Below are positions 1-11,142 of a stretch of 64,000 nucleotides of DNA, in pieces. The notes beneath the pieces are model-generated. The model was not told where the DNA came from. It searched no databases and was given only the letters and a program-made list of their open reading frames with translations. Source of the stretch: Tubiluchus corallicola (lineage: Eukaryota > Animalia > Priapulida). Position numbers and translations under genes: made by a program. The stretch spans positions 62,001-126,000 of the forward strand of contig JAQGDQ010000581.1 of NCBI GenBank assembly GCA_030141605.1, read 5' to 3'. Every line of letters begins with the position of its first letter. Position 1 is the first letter of the stretch.

Positions 1-718
1 GAGGAGGAGGAGGTCTCTCTTGTCCTTATTTCATTTTCATCAATTGTAGATAAATTGACGGCGAATCAATAAAAAATATCAATAATTAGCTGGTTGGTTA
101 AACAGAACGCTATTATTCTGTGTTTGCAAAGCCTCTTATAAATAAAAAACATTTATTTTTATGACAAATTTCTATTCAACGATATCTGTAGGCCCAAAAT
201 AATGTCAGACGTATATAAACTACTAGACAAAATTTCATTGCATATTAATAATATACATTGCTAGCATAAGAGGTATTGTCTTTTGAGCTATGTTAAGATA
301 ATTACTCCTAAAATTAAAACTCTCTTTCCCCCTTTCTTTCTCCTGTTTCTCTTTCTTCACTTCCTGTCTTTTCCTCTTTCTTTCTCTTGCATATATTCTG
401 TAGTTGAATTAGGAGTGAAGGACTGTGTAAAACTCTGCCGGTTTTATAATCTTACCACAAGTTAAACTTAATTTTATTAATTAAGATCATTTTAGTAACC
501 AAGACCATTACCTATTATAAAAATACATGACAAACCCCAGACTGTAAGGATTCTAAAGACTAATTTAAAAGAAAATGATATAATTACGAATTAAATGCCT
601 TATCATAAAAATTATATTTAACTCAAAATTCGAGGAAATACCAAGAATACATTAAGTCACAGCAGTGACTTGCAAAAAACATTTATAATAAATAATCATG
701 GCATGACAACTATGCTTA

Positions 719-1411
719 CTATAGGTTTTACACGTCAAATGTAGACACAGAAAAGTTCAAATGTGACTTAGGTAAGTCAAATGTAGATGCATTACTTTGA
801 ATAAATCGCTAATTAGCTCATTTAAGTGCAAATTACAAAAAGATAAACCAAAGATAGTCATCACCTCTTTCATAACTTTGAAAAATGCGTTGTTTATCCT
901 CAAACGAAATTCTTTGATAAACCACAACGTCGGTAGAAAAGAATAAATTGGTTTCCACTTCCCAATGAACAGTGAATCAGTAATTAGTTTTTTAAGTAAT
1001 GCATTAGCCCTGCATTAATGAATTAGTTTCTCTCAAGAAACATTGTTTATTTTAAGAATGTATTGTTTTCTCTAACAGTTCCAATGGTATGTAAAGTTTA
1101 CAGAATATTAGTGAACTATTAGTAGACCTATAAAGTTATTATTTTCACAGCAATTGTTAAATAAAGATTAAAGGAGATTATATTTAACATCCTTAAGCGT
1201 TACCACCTATCCACATTTGAGATACCAATGTCACATTTGACTTGACATGTGTCTACATTTGACTTACCAAAAACGCTTAAAATTTCTTGAAAACCATTGT
1301 TAACACATTTGAACTACCTAAGTCTACATTTGAGTTACCAAGACACATTTGAATTTCCTAAATCTACATTTGACTTAACGTAGGTCTGCATTTGACATGT
1401 AAAACCTATAG
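719..1411. mobile_element. MITE-like non-autonomous DNA element
   Basis: Terminal inverted repeats CTATAGGTTTTACACGTCAAATG ... CATTTGACATGTAAAACCTATAG, internal CAAATGT/ACATTTG subterminal repeats and no ORF. It ends a few bases from the splice donor at 1416. Confidence 0.8.
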
Positions 1412-1416
1412 ATTAC

Positions 1417-1477
1417 CTGTTGCTTCGATTCCAAGAACGATGACAATTATAGCAAGTGCGATGATAACTTTGTTCAT
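1417..1477 (-). CDS. First coding exon of a putative secreted protein (signal peptide MNKVIIALAIIVIVLGIEAT); rest of gene not identified, probably left of the window
   Basis: Acceptor ctttgtgcag| before 1500, ATG at 1477, a basic + hydrophobic + small-residue 20-codon peptide, then phase-1 donor G|gtaatc at 1416. This is typical signal-peptide exon architecture. Confidence 0.65.
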
Positions 1478-2623
1478 CGTGATGGCAAAATGTTTGTAAC
1501 CTGCACAAAGAAGATTTTCATTGAGTATAGACCTGAATGAAAAACAATTACTGCGTACACGTATTAACGGAGTATAGCTAGCTTATATAGAGTAGTAGAC
1601 GTTCCATGTAACGTTGTCGAAATGTTGGAAACCTCTTGTTACTTGCCACTCGAGACTTTTCTGTAAGTTTCCGATGCTTCTGAATGTCCCACCCACTCAA
1701 AGCTACCCACCCACAGGCCAACATTATTGCGCATTCCTTCCAAAAATTATACTAGCCTTCTCAGCCAGTCTGCCAAGAATTCGTAGAGTCCCAAGGTGCT
1801 AAGAACGCCAAGTGGCCAAGATTGCCGATTTGCCAAGAATGTCAAGTTGCCAAGAAAACCAAGCTTCCAAGATTGTCACGCTGTCAGTAATGTCGAGTTG
1901 TTAAGAAAACAAAGTTGCCAAAGAAGCCAAGCAGCCAAGGAAGCCAAGTTTCCACAATCATAAGCGAAAAATTGCCATTTCAATTACAAACCGTTTGTAC
2001 GTTTAGGAAACGGCCTGTACTATTAATGAAACTAAGGTGGCACGAAATGTGAGTTTGTGAGGTAAGTTAACGCAAGTTTAAGCTAAATTGGAACTAGCGA
2101 TGGATGTACTGCCTAGTACAACATCAGAGGAAGCTGTGAAAATATTTTAACGTAAACTTACTTGTACGGAAATGAATGAGCTTTCAATCCCCGAGTAGCT
2201 ACAGAACTCTGCGTACGTTCTAATCTAAAATTGAATGGTTACAGAATTTAATGGTCCTAAACCTTTTATAAATGCTGCTGAATAAGAAACGCAAAACCTG
2301 AATTCACGATCAATTGTGTTACGCCCATGCGAATCATGGAACATTATTTAAAGGCAACCCTGGATTACTAGGTTCCAAGGTGTTCAGGGAATCAAGAGGC
2401 CAATAATAGATGTCACCTTCAAAATCAAAATGGAATAAATTATCATGGAGGTCCTGCTCCTCTTCCAGGCAGGTTTGAATTTGAATTTTATTGCTTTGGT
2501 TGTAATTCTTCAACATCAGTAGAGGACAGGGATACATTTAAATGCACAAAGATAATGGGATATCGAGTTTGTTCACAATGCTTTACAAACACTCAACACT
2601 TTTTTAATTGATTGTTTAGACAC

Positions 2624-2838
2624 AGTGTGTTGCTTTACAGTCATGGTTGGCTTCCTTCTGTCTCGGAAGACAATGGAATGTGCGCCAAGAGAGACACGGT
2701 GTATTGCTTTACAGTCATTGTTGGCTTCCTTCTGTCTCGGAAGACAATGGAGTGTGCGCCAAGAGAGGCACGGTGTATTGCCTTACAGTCATGGTTGGCA
2801 TCCTTCTGTCTCGGAAGACAATGGAGTGTGCGCCAAGA
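2624..2838. repeat. Tandem triplication, 74-bp unit
   Basis: TTCTGTCTCGGAAGACAATGG recurs at 2656, 2730 and 2804. Confidence 0.9.
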
Positions 2839-3216
2839 AAGTCATTTATTGGTTACATTAATGGAGCTGCAGCGTCAACTGTGGCTGAGCAGTGCGATCC
2901 TTGAACGTCTCCAGGGTGCACGCCTGGGCAAGGTGTACGGAGATCCAGAGTTGCCCAGACAACAGGAACCACCTCTCTTCCTCCCTGGTGTAGTCCAAAG
3001 GAAAGCGGAGCGATACGTTTAGCACCAGGTTGGCTGCAGGAGCTGCCGGAGTCAGTGAGCATGCTGCACTGGTCCGCCTTCGGGGCTCCACTCTTGATTT
3101 GAAAGGTTTACTCCTCTACACATAGCCGTTGGGTCACTTGACCTCCTCGGCCCTCTAGCCGTTGGCTGCTTGTGCAGCTCCTCCGCCTAGTGTCGAGATA
3201 CAGTGTGGGCATCTCG

Positions 3217-3336
3217 AAGCCTACAGCACCTGGTATTCCTAAGCGGTCACCCATTCAAGTACTAACCAGGCTCTACGTTGCTTAACTTCGAAGATCAGAC
3301 GAAACCCGGTGTTTTCAACGTGATTTGGCCGTAGTC
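3217..3336 (-). rRNA. Full-length 5S rRNA-derived sequence (solitary; probably a pseudogene or retroelement head)
   Basis: Minus strand reads GACTACGGCCAAATCACGTTGAAAACACCGG...AGTTAAGCAACG...GGTTAGTACTTGAATGGGTGACCGCTTAGGAATACCAGGTGCTGTAGGCTT. It is 120 nt with recognisable box A and box C, and lacks a downstream oligo-T terminator. Confidence 0.9.
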
Positions 3337-5040
3337 ACATTTATATTCATAGCTTCAAATCAATTGTAAAATACGTTACGCATAACTAAGTGTGAATTCA
3401 GAACGACTATGCTGTGTTTTTCTATGCTACATGTACCTACTAGAATTTATACGCTAGCTAACTCAGTGATTATGAAAATTGTTATATTGGAACTTGAACT
3501 TACAGCCTGCAACTATAATCACGAGAGAAACGTTAATTTGATCACATCTTGACTTAGCAATAATCAATAATCAATAACTCGTTTTTAAACCTTCTAATCA
3601 CAAAAAATGAAGCCATCGCTAAACACTGTCTATAGAAAAACCAGACAATCGTTCCGAGCTTTTAAATCGCGACTGAAGAGCATACTCATCCAGGCATATT
3701 CAGATGAAATGTTCAGCGATGACCATGTGTTTTGCCGCTTAGCCAATTTATTCATTGACTGTCTGGGAGACAAAAACATAAAAAAGTTTGGAACTTACAA
3801 CGAACGAATAAAATAAAAGATCATGGCGTTTACTAACAGCGTGACAATCTTGGAAGCTTGGTTTTCTTGGCAACTTCACATTTTTTCAACTTGGCATTCT
3901 TGGCAGCTCGGCGGTCTTGGCCACTTGGCGTTTTTAGCACTTTGGCACTCTACGAATTCTTGGCAGACTGGCAGAGAGGGCTAGTATCACTTATCCATTG
4001 ACTGTCTGGGAGAAAAAAACATAAAAAAGCTTGCAAGAACTTACAACGAACGATTATAATAAAAGACCATGGCAGACTGTGGCTAGAAATGGCTAGAAAT
4101 GGCTAGCCTACCTGCCATTTTGACCTTGGTCCAGAACTGTTCTAACAAAACAATTATAGCAAGTGCTGTGATGACAAAATGCTCATGTGAGATTCGGGTG
4201 ATGAAGATTTAATAATCTCAGAATTTTACCTACTATTTAGATAGTACATTATTAATTAAGTAAACTGTTATAAATTATTTATATTTTATTTATTTATTTT
4301 ATCCTATATTTCAGCGTGCAGACGTAGTCTCAAACCATAAAATCGCAATTATATACTAAAAACCTAATTATGTAAACATGAACTTACAATTTACAAAAAT
4401 TAAGAAAATAAACTAGTTAAAATACTTACACAAATTACATAGACTAAAAGTACGTCACATTTCTATTCTATTGGCTAAGATCTTGAAGCATAAAAACATC
4501 ACTACTGTAAATTGCTTGTTTTAAGAAACCATTAGAAGAATTTGAAAGACGACACGACTTCTAAAATTATATGTACATTTAGCCAAAATAACTTTAAAAT
4601 GAGTAATATCATTTCCGACATTATATGAGTACTTTTGGTACTCCTGGATATTCGACCAAGCCAAACACTCTTTAATACCTTAACACTAACCACCAACCTA
4701 AGTAATAAAATTCTTTGCTGCGATTTTTAAAATGAAATAATTTAAATTGCAAGAAATGTTTTTTAATTCGAGGCACTTAAGATAAACATTTAATAACAAC
4801 GTCTTTGCTGCAGGCCTGTATTAAAATAATTCCATTAAAAATCAGTAAGCGTTTTACAACAACACATAGCACATTAAAAATCTATTTTAGACAAGTTGAT
4901 AAACCTGTATACGTTACTGTCATCACGGACAACTGCAAGGCCACCAGTAGCAGTCTGAGGTAATTGATAAGTAATTAAGTTTGAATCTCAACTGTTGCCA
5001 AAACTACGGTATTAAAGCAAAACCGGACACAAACTTAAAC

Positions 5041-5480
5041 TTAGGTGGCGCCAGCATGCGAGTAAGTCTTGCCTTGGTGGTTGAACTATTAAGCTTCAAT
5101 TAGGATTCTTCCTCGTCATCACTTGTGACTAGTGTTCATGGTACTGAACTTGTAATCTAAAGGTTCCTGGTTCAAATCGAATGCCTGCCCATTTGTTATT
5201 TTCAGGCATTTTTATGTTTAAAAATCAATAATTATAGGTCATATCATGTTCAGTCTTTTTAATACAAAAGCTATCCGTAGATGGCGCCAGCATGCGACTA
5301 AGTCTTAGAAGTTTTGTCTTGGTGGTTGAACTATTAAACTTCAATTAGGACTTTTGCTCGTCACCACTTGTGACTAGTGTTCATGGTACTGAAGTTGTAA
5401 TCTAAAGGTTCCTGGTTCAAATCGAATGCCTGCCAATTTGTTATTTTCAGGCATTTTTATGGTTAAAAAAATCAATAATT
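5041..5480 (+). repeat. Tandem pair of ~200-240 bp units, each with a tRNA-like (SINE-head-like) segment
   Basis: Units start near 5041 and 5277. Each has TAGRTGGCGCCAGCATGCGA and later TTGTAATCTAAAGGTTCCTGGTTCAAATC (B-box-like). Confidence 0.65.
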
Positions 5481-6079
5481 GTACACAACACTAACAGAAG
5501 AATTTTCTAGAAGAATTACGCGTCATTCTTAAATGTTGACTTGATTGCAAATCACATTGAGTGGAATATGACTTGATCATGCAGATATCCATTTAAAGAC
5601 GCCCACCATTATTAAAAATTATTTTATTAATCTACAGTAAGTATGACCATTTAAGGCACAGGATGTTAAATTCATGGTACCCACTGCTTAGCAGACTCCT
5701 GTAAAGTTTATTTTACTTTTAAATAGCTGCAATGATTTACCTGAGGATGTAAATTACAAATTTTATTCCCAAGTGTAATGGATTTCATTAAAATAGCAAA
5801 CGATTTAAATCCAACTGAAATGTTTTTGTTTTCAAATATACTTAAATAATATCATTTCTGATACTGGTGCTGTTTGTTTATTATTGGTGTAATAATATTG
5901 TAACATCAAAATATTGTTTGTTTATTATTGGTGTGTTTGTTTATATTGTTTGTTTATTACACTATTGTAATTTTGCAATTGCTTGTAATTTATCCTTTCT
6001 AATTATTACAATTCATTGAGTTAAACTCCCATTCAAATAACTCTAAATAGGTTTCCTTGCCGCCTTCTGTTTCTTGGAT

Positions 6080-6620
6080 TCTATAATCTCTGATAAAAAC
6101 TTTACAGAGATGATCAATCAGTGTTAGTTAATAAAAACTTACACTGCTAAAGGCAAATGCGTCAGTGCAATCTAAACTACTGTGCAGTAATGGAAAGTAA
6201 CGACGAATAAAATCAAGCATATTTACAACTATGCACAAAAAATGAAAAAAACTATGGTTTAATTAATATGGCCGTGGATATATGAATTCTGAATTAGTGT
6301 GTATGTTGTCGTACTGGTGTGATGGATTTCATATCTGGTTAATATTAGTGATTTTAATTTTGTTTTAAATGCTGATAGGGACTTGATTTGTTTAACCTGT
6401 AATGGTAGAGAACTCCAAAGTAGAATTGCTTGTTTGATTACAGAGTTCGTTCCATGGTGGGTATTTGTCCTAATTTGTTTTAGATTGCTTGTTCTGGAAT
6501 TAACGATAGGATTTGGAAGAAAGGTAAATCTGTTATTCTGGAATGGTTTGGTACCATTCCAGAGTAAAATATTCTTTGTGTGCTTCAATGATTGGGAATT
6601 TTAAAGTTTTTCTCAGATTT
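6080..6620 (-). mobile_element. LINE 3' end remnant (CR1/L2-like); second copy at 22710-23330
   Basis: ORF 6259-6588 has a typical LINE ORF2 C-terminus (ILLWSSLPLQVKQIKSLSAFKTKLK). Near-identical sequence occurs at 22.7-23.3 kb. Confidence 0.8.
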
Positions 6621-8182
6621 GCATTTTGCGTTCTCAATATGCTGTCGATATTTAAGTATGCTGAGTGTTTAATAAGTACGTATTTAAGCTAAGAATTAAA
6701 AAAAGGAGTAGAGAATTTTTTATTCGTTTATTTTAGTTATTTATAATACATCTATGAACTGAAGTCAAGAGACTTATACGTCCATTAAAAAAATCGTAAA
6801 ATATATTGACAATTTACAGAAAGTAAAAATAAAAGTAGAAAATACATAGCATATGGTTAGTACAATATAAACACACAAATAAGTTAAAAGTGCCAGAAAA
6901 ATATTAAAACTTGATTAGTACGATAAAATTGTATAATTGTGATAAAAAATATACATCTTACATCATTTATCTAATCACATATTTTGTAGTAAATGTTTTT
7001 TAAGTTTCTTAAATTTATTTATATTACCGGCTTGTTTTATTTTACTGGGTAAATTTTCCACATTACAGCATCATTATACATGACAGAATGTTTCATAACG
7101 TTTGTTCTGCACTTAGGAATATGGAATTTGTGGTATTGTCGAGTTTGATATGAATACATGCTGCTATTATAACTGAAAAAATGCGAAAGATATTTTAACA
7201 TATTTGTAAAGTAAGATTACAAACTTTCAAAACTTAATCACGTCAAAAGCGCGAGAAAGATATTCGTCTGTTGGTGGAATTGTTTGAAGAAAGAGCGTGC
7301 ATTGTTGCAATTTACTTTTCCAATCTGGGAATTAAATCGGCGATGCAACCAGCCACAGAGTAAACTATTCAACTAAAAAGTTACAGATGCATAGATACCT
7401 GTTGGCAGTCTGCCAGCTTTCAAGACCCCAGTTTTTAGCAAATACGCATGCACTTGTAACATACTGTATCACAAAATCGAGAAAAAAATCCACGAATAAA
7501 AATGTACCAATACTTATAGCAGTGGAGAAAAACAGCTGAACGCAAGGCCAAACTCCAAAGATAGGATGAATTTTCGCTTGATTAATTTTTAATTGACTAA
7601 TCATCTAGTAGAAGTCTGATACTTTTGCTTGGAAATTTAGATTTGATTTGATTTAACACTTTATTTCGAATCAAAATTCATATTTACACCCACAAAAAAA
7701 CAGTGAAAAACGGTGACCCACTTCTCTGCGTGTACTAGTATTTAGTTGACGTCATAGTTATGTATCATGGGAAGAAATGTATCAATGATGGCGTAGCGCT
7801 CGCGAGAGCCAATTTCATAGGACGAAAAATAGAATTTTTGAATGCAAAGTTTCGTCTTTAAGAATTCGTGAAGTATGTCGTTCGTAAATTTATGACGAAA
7901 TCGTTTTAATAAGATACAGCATATGATCTGAGCTAATGTTGTTCTGCAGTTTAGTATCTCTTTGTGTTGTTCCAAAACAGTAGGAACTAGCAAGACGCTG
8001 TCAGCACAAAGCACGATTCTAAAACTAAATGTCATTGAATTTAAACAATGCATAGTATGAAAAACTTAATATAGCTACAATGTCATTGTCTACGAGAATA
8101 TTGAATAATTCTAGAATTCGATCTCAACTGCTGACTTAACGGAGGGTTTCAGAAATTTATTTAAAAAGTACAGCAAGTATAA

Positions 8183-8590
8183 ATGAGTCAAAACTTAGCA
8201 ACAAGTATCATTTTATTTTACATCGTCGTGTCCTGGTTTCTTAAATGTCAGTCGACAAGCAAAGCTGCAACGCATTTAAATAATCTTGCAGCTCGAAATC
8301 CAAGAAAAAGAGGAGCACCTGGTCACTTATTTGTTAGGAACTCTTCAGAGCCACCTGAATTTTTACCAGAACCCAGAATTGTTAGCGGTGAGGATGTTGT
8401 CAATAGAGATTTCCCCTATATTGTGGAGCTTCATTGGACAAATTACAATATACTCTCTACCGTGGAGGGACCCGCCTCAAAAGTAAATGGGTTTTAACTG
8501 CAGCGCACTGTGCTGTCGAGACAAAACCTGGGACTGATTTTAAGATATACCTAGGAAGTAACAATTTACGTGAAAGGAAGGTTGAACATT
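8183..8590 (+). pseudogene. Trypsin-like (S1) serine protease pseudogene fragment
   Basis: Signal/pro-peptide, activation site PR|IVSG and FPYIVEL; a 1-nt frameshift near 8436 then leads into RGGT..KWVLTAAHC..IYLGSNN. The Cys of CGG is replaced by Arg, and the catalytic Asp/Ser regions were not found. Confidence 0.85.
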
Positions 8591-8964
8591 GGGTTTACTA
8601 TTACAAGAAAGAGGAGACTCGGGTAAAGTGGATCACTTAAGGGTCTTCGCTCATAGAGTTCAAGACGTTTGATCTGTAACAATCAATTACGTGTCCTATT
8701 CTTCCGTAGGAAACTCTGCTATATTCATGTAGTGAAAACTTATAATTACTATTACTCGTTTAACAGATAATTCCGAAATGCGAAACCAAAATTTCTGGGG
8801 CAAAGTGGATCTTTTACGGGCATAGTGGATCGGTTTAATATATGATCTATAAAAGTGAAAAATCGCAAGAATGTGGGTGAAAAACTTATTTTTGTGTACC
8901 GCGCTTAGATAAACCTTGCAAAGGTCGAGGTCGTTTATGCAGAGTACACAGTAGATGATGACGT

Positions 8965-9330
8965 AGCATAAATAAATAAATAAATTTTATATAATTTAAA
9001 GTGCATGAAAAACACTTAAAATAAATAAAGTTTGTATAATTTAAAGTGCATGAAAAACATAAAAAATAAATAAAGTTTATATATTTTAAAGTGCATGAAA
9101 AACTCTTAAAATAAATAAAGTTTATATAACTTAAGGTGCATAAAAATATTTAAAATAAATAAAGTTTGTATAATTTAAAGTGCATGAAAAACACTTAAGT
9201 AAATAAAGTTTATGTAATTTAAGGTGCATCAAAAATACTTAAAATAAATAAAGTTTATGTAATTTAAAGTGCATGAAAAACACTTAAGTAAATAAAGTTT
9301 ATGTAATTTTAGGTGCATCAAAAACTTTAA
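8965..9330. repeat. AT-rich minisatellite, ~45-bp unit, ~8 copies
   Basis: GTGCATGAAAAA recurs at 9001, 9046, 9091 and onward. Confidence 0.9.
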
Positions 9331-9572
9331 ATGATTCTTTATTTTGAAATACATGTGTGCTTACATTATTAGCTGCTTACAAATTTAATTTAGACTGTTT
9401 ACAATAAAAAATTATGCCATGTTTACCAATGCACCAAGCGCCAAAAATGCAAAAATGTTTTCTTTAGTATGTGTGATGATGATGTAAGTGTAACAAACAC
9501 TTTGTGTACTTTTATTATTAAGAAGTAGAATAACACGTAGGCTGTTAATTTGTGAATTCTCATGTACTATAT

Positions 9573-10072
9573 CAGGGGTGTGCAAATTATCTGACTAGCC
9601 GGGCCACATTAAACTTTCCCGCAATTCCTGCGGGCCACAGGCAGTTTGATCAAGGAGCCAAGTACAGAAAGGCCTAATAACAATTTTTTTGCATCCGACC
9701 TGCGTACATCATTACTACTACACTCAGGAAACTATTTTAGAAGTTATTAAAATTTATATTAAAAACCATATATTTCTACTTTCAGGACAGATAGTGGTAA
9801 TTTCATTACAATGCATATTAGTAATGTGTATCACACAGTCTGTGTAGTGCAGTGACATTAAGCTACAACCGTCTTGTAAGGGTTAATGGCATCAGATCTA
9901 GCAGAAAAAACTACCCGCACTATCTTTGGGATCGTGGCACGGACTTCAGCTGGATACACTCAATTAATCGCCCGGGCCGCACTTTCATTAGGTTGACAAA
10001 TCTCTTTGCAGGCCGCACAAATTCTCTCGGTGGGCCGCAAGTGGACCGCGGGCTGCAATTTGCACACCCCTG
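9573..10072 (+). mobile_element. hAT-type MITE, family A copy 1
   Basis: TIR CAGGGGTGTGCAAA / TTTGCACACCCCTG with perfect 8-bp TSD TACTATAT. Confidence 0.92.
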
Positions 10073-10209
10073 TACTATATAAATAGAACATTATGTTGAA
10101 ATTGTGGAATGGACTTTCAACAGTTTTTAGGGCCATTTTGGTGCATTTGTGGTTACTTTTATGTCAATTTTATCTTAATTTTATCTGCAATTGTGTAAGT
10201 ATTTGTATA

Positions 10210-10812
10210 CGGCACACTTTTACCTAAGTAAGAAGGTACAGAAGGTAACAAATATGGCGAAACATTTCATTAGCTATATAGGACCAGTCCTATGGAATAG
10301 ACTAAGCCGCAATTCAAAATGTAGTCACTCCCTTTCAACTTTAAAAAAAACCGCCAGAAAAGAAATATTTCAAAAGTATTGAGAGTAACACAGTTTGATA
10401 ATAGTAATTACCTGCATTCTTTTTCCGCAGTAATCTTAATAAAACTTGACTATGCTCAACAGGTTACTGAACATTTTATAATCATGATCACAGTTTTTCT
10501 TAGTTCTCGCTCCATTTCATCTTTCATTCACTACTCCCCCCAATTTTAAGTGTATATTATCATTATTTCAATTATTAACCATTTCCTTAATTCCACGTAC
10601 AGTTTGACCTGCCAAGCTGTGCTTTTAGGCTCAAAATGTATGCATCAAAATCACTCTGTAATGTAATTTGCTAATGTATATGCTGCATAAGAATCTCTTT
10701 TGTAATTTCTGGATAATATTGCATTTATATTTATATTTACTTCAGTGAAATTATCTGTATTTTTGTTATAACTGTTAGATGCAGAGTGGAAATAAATAAA
10801 CTTATAACTTAC
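10210..10812 (+). mobile_element. LINE 3' end remnant with (ACTTATA)n tail; partial inverted copy at ~36720-36990
   Basis: ISYIGPVLWNRL...LSTLKK ORF2-end motif followed by AATAAA and a short repeat tail. The 3' part recurs reverse-complemented at 36.7-37.0 kb. Confidence 0.75.
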
Positions 10813-11142
10813 AATAGTAACAGTTATCAAGTAATTTCTCCTTGTGATGTTAGTCCGCTTACAACTTACAGAGTTTTGTAATTTTAATCAAACTTAACAT
10901 TTTTGCACTGGTAAGAGCCTACTCTGAATGCAAGATACAAACCCAGAAGGTCCCGTTTACAGACGAACACGAATGCGGCTCCTTAATTAAGAAACTTCGC
11001 TTTAAAACTCGGTTAATTACATTTGCACGTGCCCGGGAGCACACCTGTACAGGTAAAAACGAGCGTGATTGATAATGTCACAGCGATCAGCAAACGTTCG
11101 CTCTACGTCCGGGGTTCAAGTGCCGTTAAGGTTAGTGACACG

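Larger units (their letters stand above)
2474..3336 (-). mobile_element. Non-autonomous retroelement: 5S rRNA head + GC-rich LINE-like 5' region + AATAAA(TTCAAA)n tail
   Basis: The 5S copy (3217-3336) runs without a T-tract into a GC-rich body. The body reads AHSIVFRDRRMPTM, which resembles my recollection of Ingi/Vingi-clade ORF starts (unverified). Minus-strand tail CAATAAAATTCAAATTCAAA lies near 2474-2493. No clear TSD. Confidence 0.6.
1752..3984. mobile_element. Foldback/MITE-like DNA element with long CCAAG-rich inverted arms; hosts the 5S-headed retroelement
   Basis: 1752-~1890 (CTAGCCTTCTCAGCCAGTCTGCCAAGAATTCGTAGAG...) is the imperfect reverse complement of ~3829-3984. TA lies immediately outside both ends. 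Confidence 0.75.
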
